DNA of 16,622 bases. It comes from Candidatus Thorarchaeota archaeon. Lineage in GTDB: Archaea > Asgardarchaeota > Thorarchaeia > Thorarchaeales > Thorarchaeaceae. Each line of letters starts with the position of its first letter. The first letter of the stretch is position 1. The notes under the pieces were generated by a model. It was not told the origin of the DNA, ran no database searches, and saw nothing but the letters and a program-made list of their open reading frames with translations. The position numbers and the translations under genes were made by a program. Positions 1 through 7,483 of this stretch are shown here, in pieces. The stretch is taken from NCBI GenBank assembly GCA_038893995.1, contig JAWAQK010000052.1:1-16622 (forward strand), given 5' to 3'.

Positions 1-2858
1 CGCGTCTTCTCATATGCTGCGTGGCTCATCCTCTGTGTCTTTCGGCGCTGCGCCAATTGCTTAAGCCCAGCCTTTGCGCCAGCCACCTTCTCGTCCTGGA
101 GTTCCAGCTGACCAACGATATCTCTGTATCTGGCGCCATAGGACATCAGCTTTTCCTTCAGTTTCGTGATCTTCTCTGTCGTTTCGTCCAGCTGTGCCTT
201 GAGGTCGCGTTCACGTATCATGAATTCCTTGCGAGTGACTTTTCCTCTTGATTGGTCAGTCTGAAGCTTCTCATATTCAAGCTCAAGTGCAGTTCTCTTT
301 GAGTAAGCATCTGTGAAAGACTTGATTACGTCAGGGGGTGCCAGTGCTTGCTTCGCCGAGGACACTGTTGGTTCAACAGGGGTAGTCTCCGTCGCTTCGT
401 GACGACGACGTCGGTAGACGACGTATACAGTCATCACAGAACCTATGAGTGCCGCAAACAGCACAGGACGTAACAGTACACCTGCGGACACATTGTATGT
501 CAACGATATCTCAAGTGGATTCTGAACGGTAGAATTGTAGCCAACGAATCGTAAAGTGTAGTCATGGAAACCATAGAGAAGTCTGTAGTCCCCTGCAATT
601 TCAACAATGGATACAGATGGCGCTACTCTGAGATCAACAACATGCTCTACCACAAGCAGGTCACCCAGAGTAGTCATCGGTAGAGTGATGCTCATACCGT
701 TGGTAGTGGGTTTGGAGTGCTTGGACAGTAACACACTGTACTCGACGTAGAAGGTGTAGCTGGTCTTAGGTCTGAAACCGTTCTCCCCAAATCGGTCTCG
801 CATGAGGTTGACTGTATGGGAAAGCGTGCTGTTCCACTCACGGTCAGCACTGGGCATCGAGTTCGATAGCAGCCCCACCCGATCGTAGATTCTGATGTAG
901 GTCGCAAACGCGGGGAAAATGAGCGGGATAGTGTTCTCCTTGGAATTGGCATGGTTGGTTATAGTGATTGTTTCCTTGTAAGATATCCAGCCCCACGCAT
1001 CGAGTACGATCTCACTGTGCTGCACGGCAGTCAGATAAGGATAGATTGACTTCAGTACGATCACTAGTTCCTCATGGGTCATTGGCGCGATGTTCTTTCG
1101 AACTCCTTCTGGAGAAGTACCCTGTATAGACTCTCCGCTCTTCAATGCAAACGACAGGGCGGCACGAGTGAGCAGATGAGGGACTAGAGGATATCGGAGG
1201 ACCCTCAGCTCAAACAGGTTTTCTGTGAAGTTGACAAGCCGTTGAACTGAATGGAGATGGGTGGTCACTGTCAATCTGTAGTCAGACCCGTAGCCTACAG
1301 ACCTGAAGAAGTATACACGCCAACACATGAAACTATCTGAGTCAGGTAACCTCACAACACTGAGGGTCTTGTCCTCGCTGTCCTTTGCACTGATTGATAG
1401 CAGATAATCCCGATAGTTGGTCGGCAAATAGTACTCGATTGCACCTATAGGAGCCGATCCATTGTTAGTCACAGTAAAGAGATCCGCAATGCTCACCTGA
1501 TGGTAGACCATGGTAGTGATGGTGCGTGTCACTCCAAGGATCATCCCACGCAGTGGAGATAGAAAAGACCCGATTGTGACGTTCATTGAAACCAGACTGG
1601 TCTTTCCTGACGCATCTGTAGCATTGACATACAGCGTGTAGTTGCCTCCTTCGTACTTGGTGATGTCGATGTTCAGTGTCCAGAGATGAGTCTGAAAGTC
1701 GTATTTGACTGAAACCCAGCTCTCGTTGTTGAGCTTGCATGATACACGTCGAACAAGCGTGTTGTCAGTCACGTTTGCACGCAAGTTGAGAGCCCATCGA
1801 AGTGTCTCATTCGCGAGGGGACTCTCCAGCGATATTTTGGGGAACTCGTTTGGAACAAACCTGACGAGCAGCGGAGATGACCAATCAGTGTGCTGAGTGG
1901 GGAGTGTGGAGAAGTCATCTGCAGTACCATACATCAGTACCATTGGGTACACACTGTTCGTGCCATTCAGCAGAGGTATGTCAAATGGATCGGTCGAGTT
2001 CATCCTGATGAAGAACTCTACGTGCGTGAATGAAGATGTCCCTGTGGCACCAGCTCTGATGATGAGGCTCTGGTCACTGTCCTGAGCATGGGCAAATGTC
2101 CCAATACCATGTCTATCGCTGCGGACAACAGCACCCGATTCTGCAGGATTGTTGTAGTCCTCGCCGATACGGATCAGGGTGACAACATACTCAAGGTCTT
2201 CCCCGTATAGGGTATCGGTGGGTTTAGTGTAGGCCTGTGCTGCTGGAATTATGAATCGCTTGACCTCTCCGACCCTCATACCGATGATTGCATCCTTGTA
2301 GGCTTGGAGCAGGTTCTCGTCCTTGAGAGGAGTCTGTGAACTTTCAGACGGAGCGTAGCCCTGTTGGAATAGAGTTCCGTTCCGAAGATACAACTTGTAT
2401 TGCACCGTGACAACATCGTTCTGAGTCACACGACGAACCTGAGTGTATGGGTTGCCGGGGGCATAGCCCATCACAATATCGCTGTTGTTCAGCCCTGCGA
2501 CAGTGAAGGTGCCGTTGGGAGCTTGCCATGCCGCGCCCACCCAGCCTCCAGCAGGAGATGAGAGACCCATGAAGAGCACAGTAGAGTTGTGTTCCATGTA
2601 GATTGTGACCCTAGAAGTGGGGTCGGTATATCTAAAGGCATACTCGGTGGGATCAATAATACCGTCAGCAGATCCGTAGTGAGCATCGACGTAGGGTACG
2701 TCAAGAACTGTGGACTGGGCGATGATGCCTTTGAAGTTCCGCGATGTGCCTTCCCAACCGGTAGATGCAACATCGGTGACTGCCAGTGTTGGAATGTTAA
2801 CTACGGTCAAGAAAACCAACGAAAGAGCAATTACGGCTCTCAAACGGAAAGCACTCAA
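1..2858 (-). CDS. Ribophorin I (OST1/RPN1)-like type I membrane protein with N-terminal DOMON-like domain (FKBP inserted) and Ig-like domain; 3' end lies outside the window
   Basis: Manual translation gives no stop from TTG 2858 to base 3 (952 codons). GGTGA SD at 2865-2869, with in-frame TGA TAA just upstream. Signal peptide MSAFRLRAVIALSLVFLTVVNIPTLA. DOMON-like motifs DGIIDPTEY, GWVGAAW, NSDIVMGY, VEFFIRMNSTDPFD, TQH. FKBP segment VTQNDVVTVQY...AIIGMRVGEVKRFIIPAAQAY...GEDLEYVVTLIRI. Ig-like PKISLESP...GNYTLYVNATDASG. Ribophorin-like motifs VTRTI...DLFTVTNNG, IVLDAWGWISYKETITITN, FPAFATYIRIYDRVG, RF...YTFYVEY. TM helix VLLRPVLFAALIGSVMTVYVVY followed by RRRR, then a charged helical tail. 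Confidence 0.85.
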   Translation of the reverse strand, partial: MSAFRLRAVIALSLVFLTVVNIPTLAVTDVASTGWEGTSRNFKGIIAQSTVLDVPYVDAHYGSADGIIDPTEYAFRYTDPTSRVTIYMEHNSTVLFMGLSSPAGGWVGAAWQAPNGTFTVAGLNNSDIVMGYAPGNPYTQVRRVTQNDVVTVQYKLYLRNGTLFQQGYAPSESSQTPLKDENLLQAYKDAIIGMRVGEVKRFIIPAAQAYTKPTDTLYGEDLEYVVTLIRIGEDYNNPAESGAVVRSDRHGIGTFAHAQDSDQSLIIRAGATGTSSFTHVEFFIRMNSTDPFDIPLLNGTNSVYPMVLMYGTADDFSTLPTQHTDWSSPLLVRFVPNEFPKISLESPLANETLRWALNLRANVTDNTLVRRVSCKLNNESWVSVKYDFQTHLWTLNIDITKYEGGNYTLYVNATDASGKTSLVSMNVTIGSFLSPLRGMILGVTRTITTMVYHQVSIADLFTVTNNGSAPIGAIEYYLPTNYRDYLLSISAKDSEDKTLSVVRLPDSDSFMCWRVYFFRSVGYGSDYRLTVTTHLHSVQRLVNFTENLFELRVLRYPLVPHLLTRAALSFALKSGESIQGTSPEGVRKNIAPMTHEELVIVLKSIYPYLTAVQHSEIVLDAWGWISYKETITITNHANSKENTIPLIFPAFATYIRIYDRVGLLSNSMPSADREWNSTLSHTVNLMRDRFGENGFRPKTSYTFYVEYSVLLSKHSKPTTNGMSITLPMTTLGDLLVVEHVVDLRVAPSVSIVEIAGDYRLLYGFHDYTLRFVGYNSTVQNPLEISLTYNVSAGVLLRPVLFAALIGSVMTVYVVYRRRRHEATETTPVEPTVSSAKQALAPPDVIKSFTDAYSKRTALELEYEKLQTDQSRGKVTRKEFMIRERDLKAQLDETTEKITKLKEKLMSYGARYRDIVGQLELQDEKVAGAKAGLKQLAQRRKTQRMSHAAYEKT

Positions 2859-2940
2859 GTCTTATCACCGGTTCGTCGTCAGTCTGCCTTCAGGGAGCAC
2901 CCCTACTGAGGCGCGAACAATCCGCCCAACATGTGGTCCG

Positions 2941-2956
2941 TTAAAATAGGTTTCGG
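2941..2956 (-). promoter_or_regulatory. Putative BRE/TATA element for the ribophorin-like gene, within the divergent intergenic region
   Basis: Minus strand reads CGAAACC-TATTTTAA about 85 nt upstream of TTG 2858. A plus-strand A-rich tract (CGAAAAAGGTAAAA, 2991-3004) may serve the divergent gene. Confidence 0.35.
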
Positions 2957-3031
2957 ACGTTGAGGAGTCGTACCGATACCCCAGATGATTCGAAAAAGGT
3001 AAAACTGAGTTTCCAGAGGTCCGCCCTAGAC

Positions 3032-4057
3032 ATGATGCAGCTACTGATTGTGGCCGCAGTTGCGTTCCTGGTAGTCATCTGTGTGACACCCACGACAATG
3101 CGGATACTTCGTGAAAAGGGAATCATTGGGGTAGATGTGCATAAACCATCAAAACCCGAGATTCCAAGAGAGGGGGGAGTTGTGATTCTCTTTGCGATGA
3201 TTGTGTCACTACTCTTCATACTGGGCACGGAAACTTTTGTTGGTAGTGGACGAGTGAGCCTCAACTTGCTTGCTGCACTTGTCGCCATCTTGATGGCAGG
3301 AATGGTTGGACTGCTTGACGACTTTCTTGACTTCAAGAACAGGACAAAGATCGTTCTACCGCTCGTTGCATCAGCTCCACTGGCTGCGCTACAGGTAGGT
3401 GTCACAAGTATGGACCTTCCAGTACTGGGAAGGATTGAGCTTGGGCTAGTATACCCCCTGCTTGTAGTTCCCCTGATGGTCACATTCATCATTGATTCGA
3501 CAAACATGTATGCAGGCATGAACGGACTAGAATCTGGACTTGCTCTCATCAACTCGTCCGCTATCATCGCATATCTAGTTCTTCGTACGACAACTGGCCT
3601 TCCACTGACTCAGGCGCAACTTGATGCCGGCCTCATTGCAGCTGCAGTAGCTGGTGCAACGGCTGCCTTTCTATTCTACAATCATTTTCCCGCAAGGGTA
3701 CTATCGAGCGATGTTGGTCTCCTTGCCATTGGAGCAGCTATCGCATCCTCGCTCGTGATCGGGAACATGGACAGGCTAGCAATATTTCTCTATTTCACAT
3801 TCGGGATCAACTTCCTGATGTATATCGTCTATCGTCTTGGGCACAGACCCGGTACTGACAGGTATGCGAAGTTTGCATCACCCAGGGAGGATGGCACATT
3901 AGAAGTAGTTGGTCCCTACACGATGTATTGGCTGATCCCCTATCTCCACCGCTCTACGACCGAATCAATCAATGTGATCCTGTTGCTTCTTCTTCAGGCG
4001 GTCATAGCATATGGGGCGGTCTACATCCTCGTCTTTGGAGTTCCCTTCGTCAGGTGA
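3032..4057 (+). CDS. aglH: UDP-GlcNAc:dolichyl-phosphate GlcNAc-1-phosphotransferase-like protein (AglH/DPAGT1/Alg7; MraY/WecA glycosyl transferase family 4)
   Basis: Polytopic membrane protein with GIIGVDVHKPSKPEIPREGG, GLLDD, NMYAGMNGLE (DPAGT1-type NxxAGxNGLE) and FYNHFPARVLSSDVG. ATG 3032 (GAGGT at 3016-3020) is preferred over the ORF-track TTG 2960. Confidence 0.85.
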   Translation: MMQLLIVAAVAFLVVICVTPTTMRILREKGIIGVDVHKPSKPEIPREGGVVILFAMIVSLLFILGTETFVGSGRVSLNLLAALVAILMAGMVGLLDDFLDFKNRTKIVLPLVASAPLAALQVGVTSMDLPVLGRIELGLVYPLLVVPLMVTFIIDSTNMYAGMNGLESGLALINSSAIIAYLVLRTTTGLPLTQAQLDAGLIAAAVAGATAAFLFYNHFPARVLSSDVGLLAIGAAIASSLVIGNMDRLAIFLYFTFGINFLMYIVYRLGHRPGTDRYAKFASPREDGTLEVVGPYTMYWLIPYLHRSTTESINVILLLLLQAVIAYGAVYILVFGVPFVR

Positions 4058-5117
4058 ACTCCGCGAGTTTGGTCGACAGGTATTCGTCTACCACGAAGTC
4101 CATGCCGTATCGACTGAAGGATTGTTGCTCGGCCTTCCGTCGAAGCTCTCGGAACTCATGGAGATGATGTTGCCAATCCGATGTCATATAGCGGGGGTCG
4201 GCACTCAGTTCATCTAGACGCTTCAGGTCCAGATCGTTCATTGCTTCGGTGGGCAGTGAGTACTCCCTTATGTCGGATGCTGTCACTCCGATCCATTTGG
4301 CATCAGGTACTGCCAGATCCGGAATGTGTGCAGCATTGGCACTCCCTGAAATAATGACTTGTGCAATGTGCATGCCCCACGGGTCACCATCAGTAAATAT
4401 CACGACAGGAAGTCCGAGTTCCATCCTCAGACGACGCATGAACCGGCGCGTAGACCTTGGAGCCTGACCGCCAAGGTGAATCAGTATTGCGTCGAATCTA
4501 TCAAACGCACCGGTTTCGATGAGACGAGAGAACATACCACCAGACTCAACGGCTAGTATTACCCTCGCATCAGACGAAACTATCTGTGCGGACATCATGG
4601 CAGGGCCAACCGGCAATCCGTCAGGGCTTATGGTCAGGTCGATCTCTCGCCCCTCATATCCAGGTACATTGTACTTTAGAGTTACGCGACCATAGATCGA
4701 CGAGTGCTCTTCCGGGAAGACACCCATGTCTTCTCTGGGTACGCCTATGAGAGCTTCAAGATCAGTCACTGCCTTATCTGACTCGGCCTGGTCCTTGAAC
4801 TTCACACCAAATGCCTCACTAGAGTAGTACAGGTCCCTGAGGGAACTGGTCCGACCTGTCTTGAGTAGTTGCTTGACATACCAGGCGACCCAGATTATCT
4901 GGGCAAAGCTCCGGACATGGCGGAGGTTCCCAGAGCTTCGTGTGGTATATGACTCCCCAAGGCGTATCTGCTCGCCAGGTTCAGCAAGAGATAGATTACC
5001 GGTTCCTCTCTCGGGGATTCTCAGTACGGGAAACTCCCCACGAACGATAGAGTCAACCACGTCTCGACCCAATGAGCTCAACCGGTCTACAAGTGCGGAC
5101 ACGTCATTCATCTTCAT
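4050..5117 (-). CDS. top6A: DNA topoisomerase VI subunit A
   Basis: Catalytic Tyr motif LRDLYY, TOPRIM Glu in AVESGG, DxD in FTDGDPWG, and C-terminal KAEQQS. Start is ATG 5117 or 5111, overlapping the end of top6B. Confidence 0.96.
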   Translation of the reverse strand: MKMNDVSALVDRLSSLGRDVVDSIVRGEFPVLRIPERGTGNLSLAEPGEQIRLGESYTTRSSGNLRHVRSFAQIIWVAWYVKQLLKTGRTSSLRDLYYSSEAFGVKFKDQAESDKAVTDLEALIGVPREDMGVFPEEHSSIYGRVTLKYNVPGYEGREIDLTISPDGLPVGPAMMSAQIVSSDARVILAVESGGMFSRLIETGAFDRFDAILIHLGGQAPRSTRRFMRRLRMELGLPVVIFTDGDPWGMHIAQVIISGSANAAHIPDLAVPDAKWIGVTASDIREYSLPTEAMNDLDLKRLDELSADPRYMTSDWQHHLHEFRELRRKAEQQSFSRYGMDFVVDEYLSTKLAEFT

Positions 5118-6618
5118 TCGCCTCTGTGCGCGATAGTAATACATTGATGTCAGGAACAGGTCTATCCCCTAACTGTGCACCGAAATGAGCAATCAGACGC
5201 AATGCTCTTACAAACTCCCTGTAGGCTCTTGTATTCTTGGGACTGTCAGATGCCGAAGGTCGACCTATCCTCAGACGACGACCAACCCGTCTGAACAGGG
5301 AAACAGCGGCATCCTCAATCTCCTCAACTGCGGCTATCGAATGCTTGCCTGCAGCATGGTAAGGGATTCTCGAGGAACATACATGAACAAACAGAGCAAC
5401 GTTCACATTGTCAGTTCCAATTCCGTACTTCGGCCAGTTCACCCGCTTGAGCGCTCTCGTGAGTACGTCTTCAGATGCATCGTAAAGGAGAGGGGTCCGA
5501 TTTGCAAATCTGAACAGCAATGGAAAATCAGATGACTGGAATTCGGAGCTAGTAGCCCCAACGGCCTCAACTACGAAGGGATTCCCGTCCCAGTCCCCCC
5601 TTTCCGACTCATAGTATGCAGTTTCACACTTGTAGGAACCAACCACTGCTCTCAAGAAAGATTCTTTGCCTATCGGACTTAGGAACCTCGTACTAGGTCT
5701 GGGAAAACCATCATAACTCCTCAGTGCTTGGCTGAGTCGAAGGAGGTCGCTCCGAGTCATTCCTCCAACTCTCATCGAGGGATCAATGCCAATGAATCCC
5801 AGGAATCGTCTTGAGATGGCTCGGCTCATGCACTGGAAATTCTGAGTTAGGAATACGATCAGCTTTGTCTCCGGACTAGTATTCGCTACAAGCCTCCGAA
5901 TGAGCTCCGGGTCTGCAGAGCGGGGGTGAGGACGCATGGGCACTGTGGGAGGGGGAATCTTATCGACCCAGGGTCCGAAGATTCCCTGTGATACTCCATC
6001 CACGACGAGTTGAACTCTGGCATGAGGAGCGGAAACGGATGTGAGCCGTACGTAGTCCAGGAGCCTTGCACGACTTCGTGCCAGATCGCCCTTGATCTTC
6101 AGCGAAACAGTCGTGCCGGGATGATCCCTTGGTACCGACTCCACAGACTCGACTATGGGTATATTCTTCTCGATATCGATGAGAAGTCGGTAGACTCGAC
6201 CCTGATTGGGTACAGTAGAGGTGTGTACCTCGACTGGACACCCTGTGGTTATCTGTGAGTAAAGGACGGCCATTGTCACTCCCAGGCCCAGAGATCCCCT
6301 CTTCTGTCTGAAGGAATACTTGCTACCATATAGGACCTGTGCAAAGGACTCTGCAACATGCTCATCCGGCACACCGGTACCATTGTCAGCAACCGAGATC
6401 ACTACGGTCCCATTTTCATGAGAATCGATTCGGACAAGTACTACCGGGGGTACTCCTGCATCCTCACACGCATCAAGGCTGTTCTCGACGAGCTCTCTCA
6501 CACAGGACACTACAGCTTGGACGGGATTACCAAATCCCGCCATCTGACGGTTTCTATAGAACAACTCCGAGGGGGTTATGCTCATGAACTGCGATGGGGG
6601 ATACTGGTCCTCGGTCAT
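5104..6618 (-). CDS. top6B: DNA topoisomerase VI subunit B
   Basis: GHKL motifs RELVENSLDA, DNGTG and GSKY...RGSLGLG. Transducer motifs RFANRTPLLY, WPKYG and IPYHAAGK. SD-like AGGTGGA at 6627-6633. Confidence 0.96.
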   Translation of the reverse strand: MTEDQYPPSQFMSITPSELFYRNRQMAGFGNPVQAVVSCVRELVENSLDACEDAGVPPVVLVRIDSHENGTVVISVADNGTGVPDEHVAESFAQVLYGSKYSFRQKRGSLGLGVTMAVLYSQITTGCPVEVHTSTVPNQGRVYRLLIDIEKNIPIVESVESVPRDHPGTTVSLKIKGDLARSRARLLDYVRLTSVSAPHARVQLVVDGVSQGIFGPWVDKIPPPTVPMRPHPRSADPELIRRLVANTSPETKLIVFLTQNFQCMSRAISRRFLGFIGIDPSMRVGGMTRSDLLRLSQALRSYDGFPRPSTRFLSPIGKESFLRAVVGSYKCETAYYESERGDWDGNPFVVEAVGATSSEFQSSDFPLLFRFANRTPLLYDASEDVLTRALKRVNWPKYGIGTDNVNVALFVHVCSSRIPYHAAGKHSIAAVEEIEDAAVSLFRRVGRRLRIGRPSASDSPKNTRAYREFVRALRLIAHFGAQLGDRPVPDINVLLSRTEANEDE

Positions 6619-6671
6619 CTATCAAGTCCACCTGTCAGCTTCACTGAACGGAATCTCACAGAACCAAGAGG

Positions 6672-6678
6672 ATATTAA
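6672..6678 (-). promoter_or_regulatory. Putative TATA box for top6B-top6A
   Basis: TTAATAT on the minus strand about 55 nt upstream of the top6B ATG, in a 300-nt intergenic gap. Confidence 0.4.
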
Positions 6679-6919
6679 GTGATAGGCAGCTCAGCGGCAG
6701 AGGACATGTCGAGTGTTCACAGACCTGCCAGTACTGGAAGACCAGTTCATCATTGACATCTCAAGACTGGTGAACAGACGCTGCGTACACAGGTGACTTG
6801 GGCCAACGCTTGGCGGTCCATGCATGATAGCGCGAATCAGTCGGTCCCGCGCTGGTATAAGCACATCCATGAGATTTGCGCCGGCATAACCCATTAGGGA
6901 ACAGACTGCATCGCAGTTG

Positions 6920-7483
6920 TTAGAGAGTTGGTTCCCAGATCTCGGCGCGCTCACGGTTCATCTCACGCCTCATTCGCTCGAGATAGCGATATACGACGGC
7001 ATGAGGAGCACCCTCGACAAGCATCGAAACAGCACGGGATGCATAGTCCAGATTGGGGTATGTTCCTATGAGTGACACTGTGTGCCCGTAAACTGAGAGC
7101 CTTACCTCTGCAGTTGACTCAATGAACCTCTTTGTGCGACCCCGTTCGCCAATAATACGACCTGCAACTCTACGTATCTGGTTGGGAGAGGAGCCCACCA
7201 GATCTCTCAGCGAGATCACCACTAGGTATGAGTCATCGTCAATCAGGGCGAAGGCCCCTTTCGGACTGAAGCCCCTAGCCATCGCCTGAATGATATCGCG
7301 AGCCTTCCATGCCATTACTGCGCCATCTTGATTGGAACCCGCAGAGATCGTCACAAGCCCGTCTGATCCTACCTCGATCTTACAGTTGGTGAGAGACTCA
7401 ATTCTTCTTCTGACTGCTCCATCCCTACCTACAATCACACCAATCCGGTCTTCAGGAACTCGTATTGTCTCGTGGATCGACAT
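6920..7483 (-). CDS. KH-domain pre-rRNA processing protein (archaeal Dim2/Pno1/Krr1 family)
   Basis: Two GxxG KH motifs (RIGVIVGRDG, GRIIGERGRT), plus KARDIIQAMARGFSP and SVYGHTVSLIG...GAPHAVVY. ATG 7483 with GGTGA at 7492-7496. Lies downstream of rio1, as in many archaea. Confidence 0.92.
   Translation of the reverse strand: MSIHETIRVPEDRIGVIVGRDGAVRRRIESLTNCKIEVGSDGLVTISAGSNQDGAVMAWKARDIIQAMARGFSPKGAFALIDDDSYLVVISLRDLVGSSPNQIRRVAGRIIGERGRTKRFIESTAEVRLSVYGHTVSLIGTYPNLDYASRAVSMLVEGAPHAVVYRYLERMRREMNRERAEIWEPTL

Noticed and set aside
1540-1700. Possibility of separate FKBP and ribophorin genes, or of Sec/Pyl readthrough joining them
   Set aside because: Manual translation shows no stop or frameshift, and the frame at 2858 is the same as at base 5. 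The ORF was missed only because its stop lies outside the window.
2886-2912. Imperfect hairpin GCCTTCAG...CTGAGGC in the leader of the ribophorin-like gene
   Set aside because: It is short, bulged and GC-rich, so it is compatible with chance without comparative data.
21-2949. Eight short ORF-track entries plus 2710..2949 over the left 2.9 kb
   Set aside because: All are antisense or off-frame shadows of the continuous 952-codon minus-strand gene and show no recognisable motifs.
2941-3567. 208-aa antisense ORF over aglH, and similar long antisense ORFs over nmd3 and cdc48
   Set aside because: These are Ser-rich, motif-less shadow translations expected opposite genuine genes.
6270-6330. Top6B ATP-lid RGSLGLGVT differing from euryarchaeal RGQQGIG, suggesting a degenerate or Spo11-partner-like subunit
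   Set aside because: It resembles the TACK-type RGxxGLG variant. The other GHKL motifs, the transducer Lys and the Top6A catalytic residues are intact.
6691-6954. 87-aa minus-strand ORF in the KH-top6B gap
   Set aside because: It overlaps the KH gene end, has no convincing SD, atypical composition and no recognisable family. It is not excluded, but it is unsupported.
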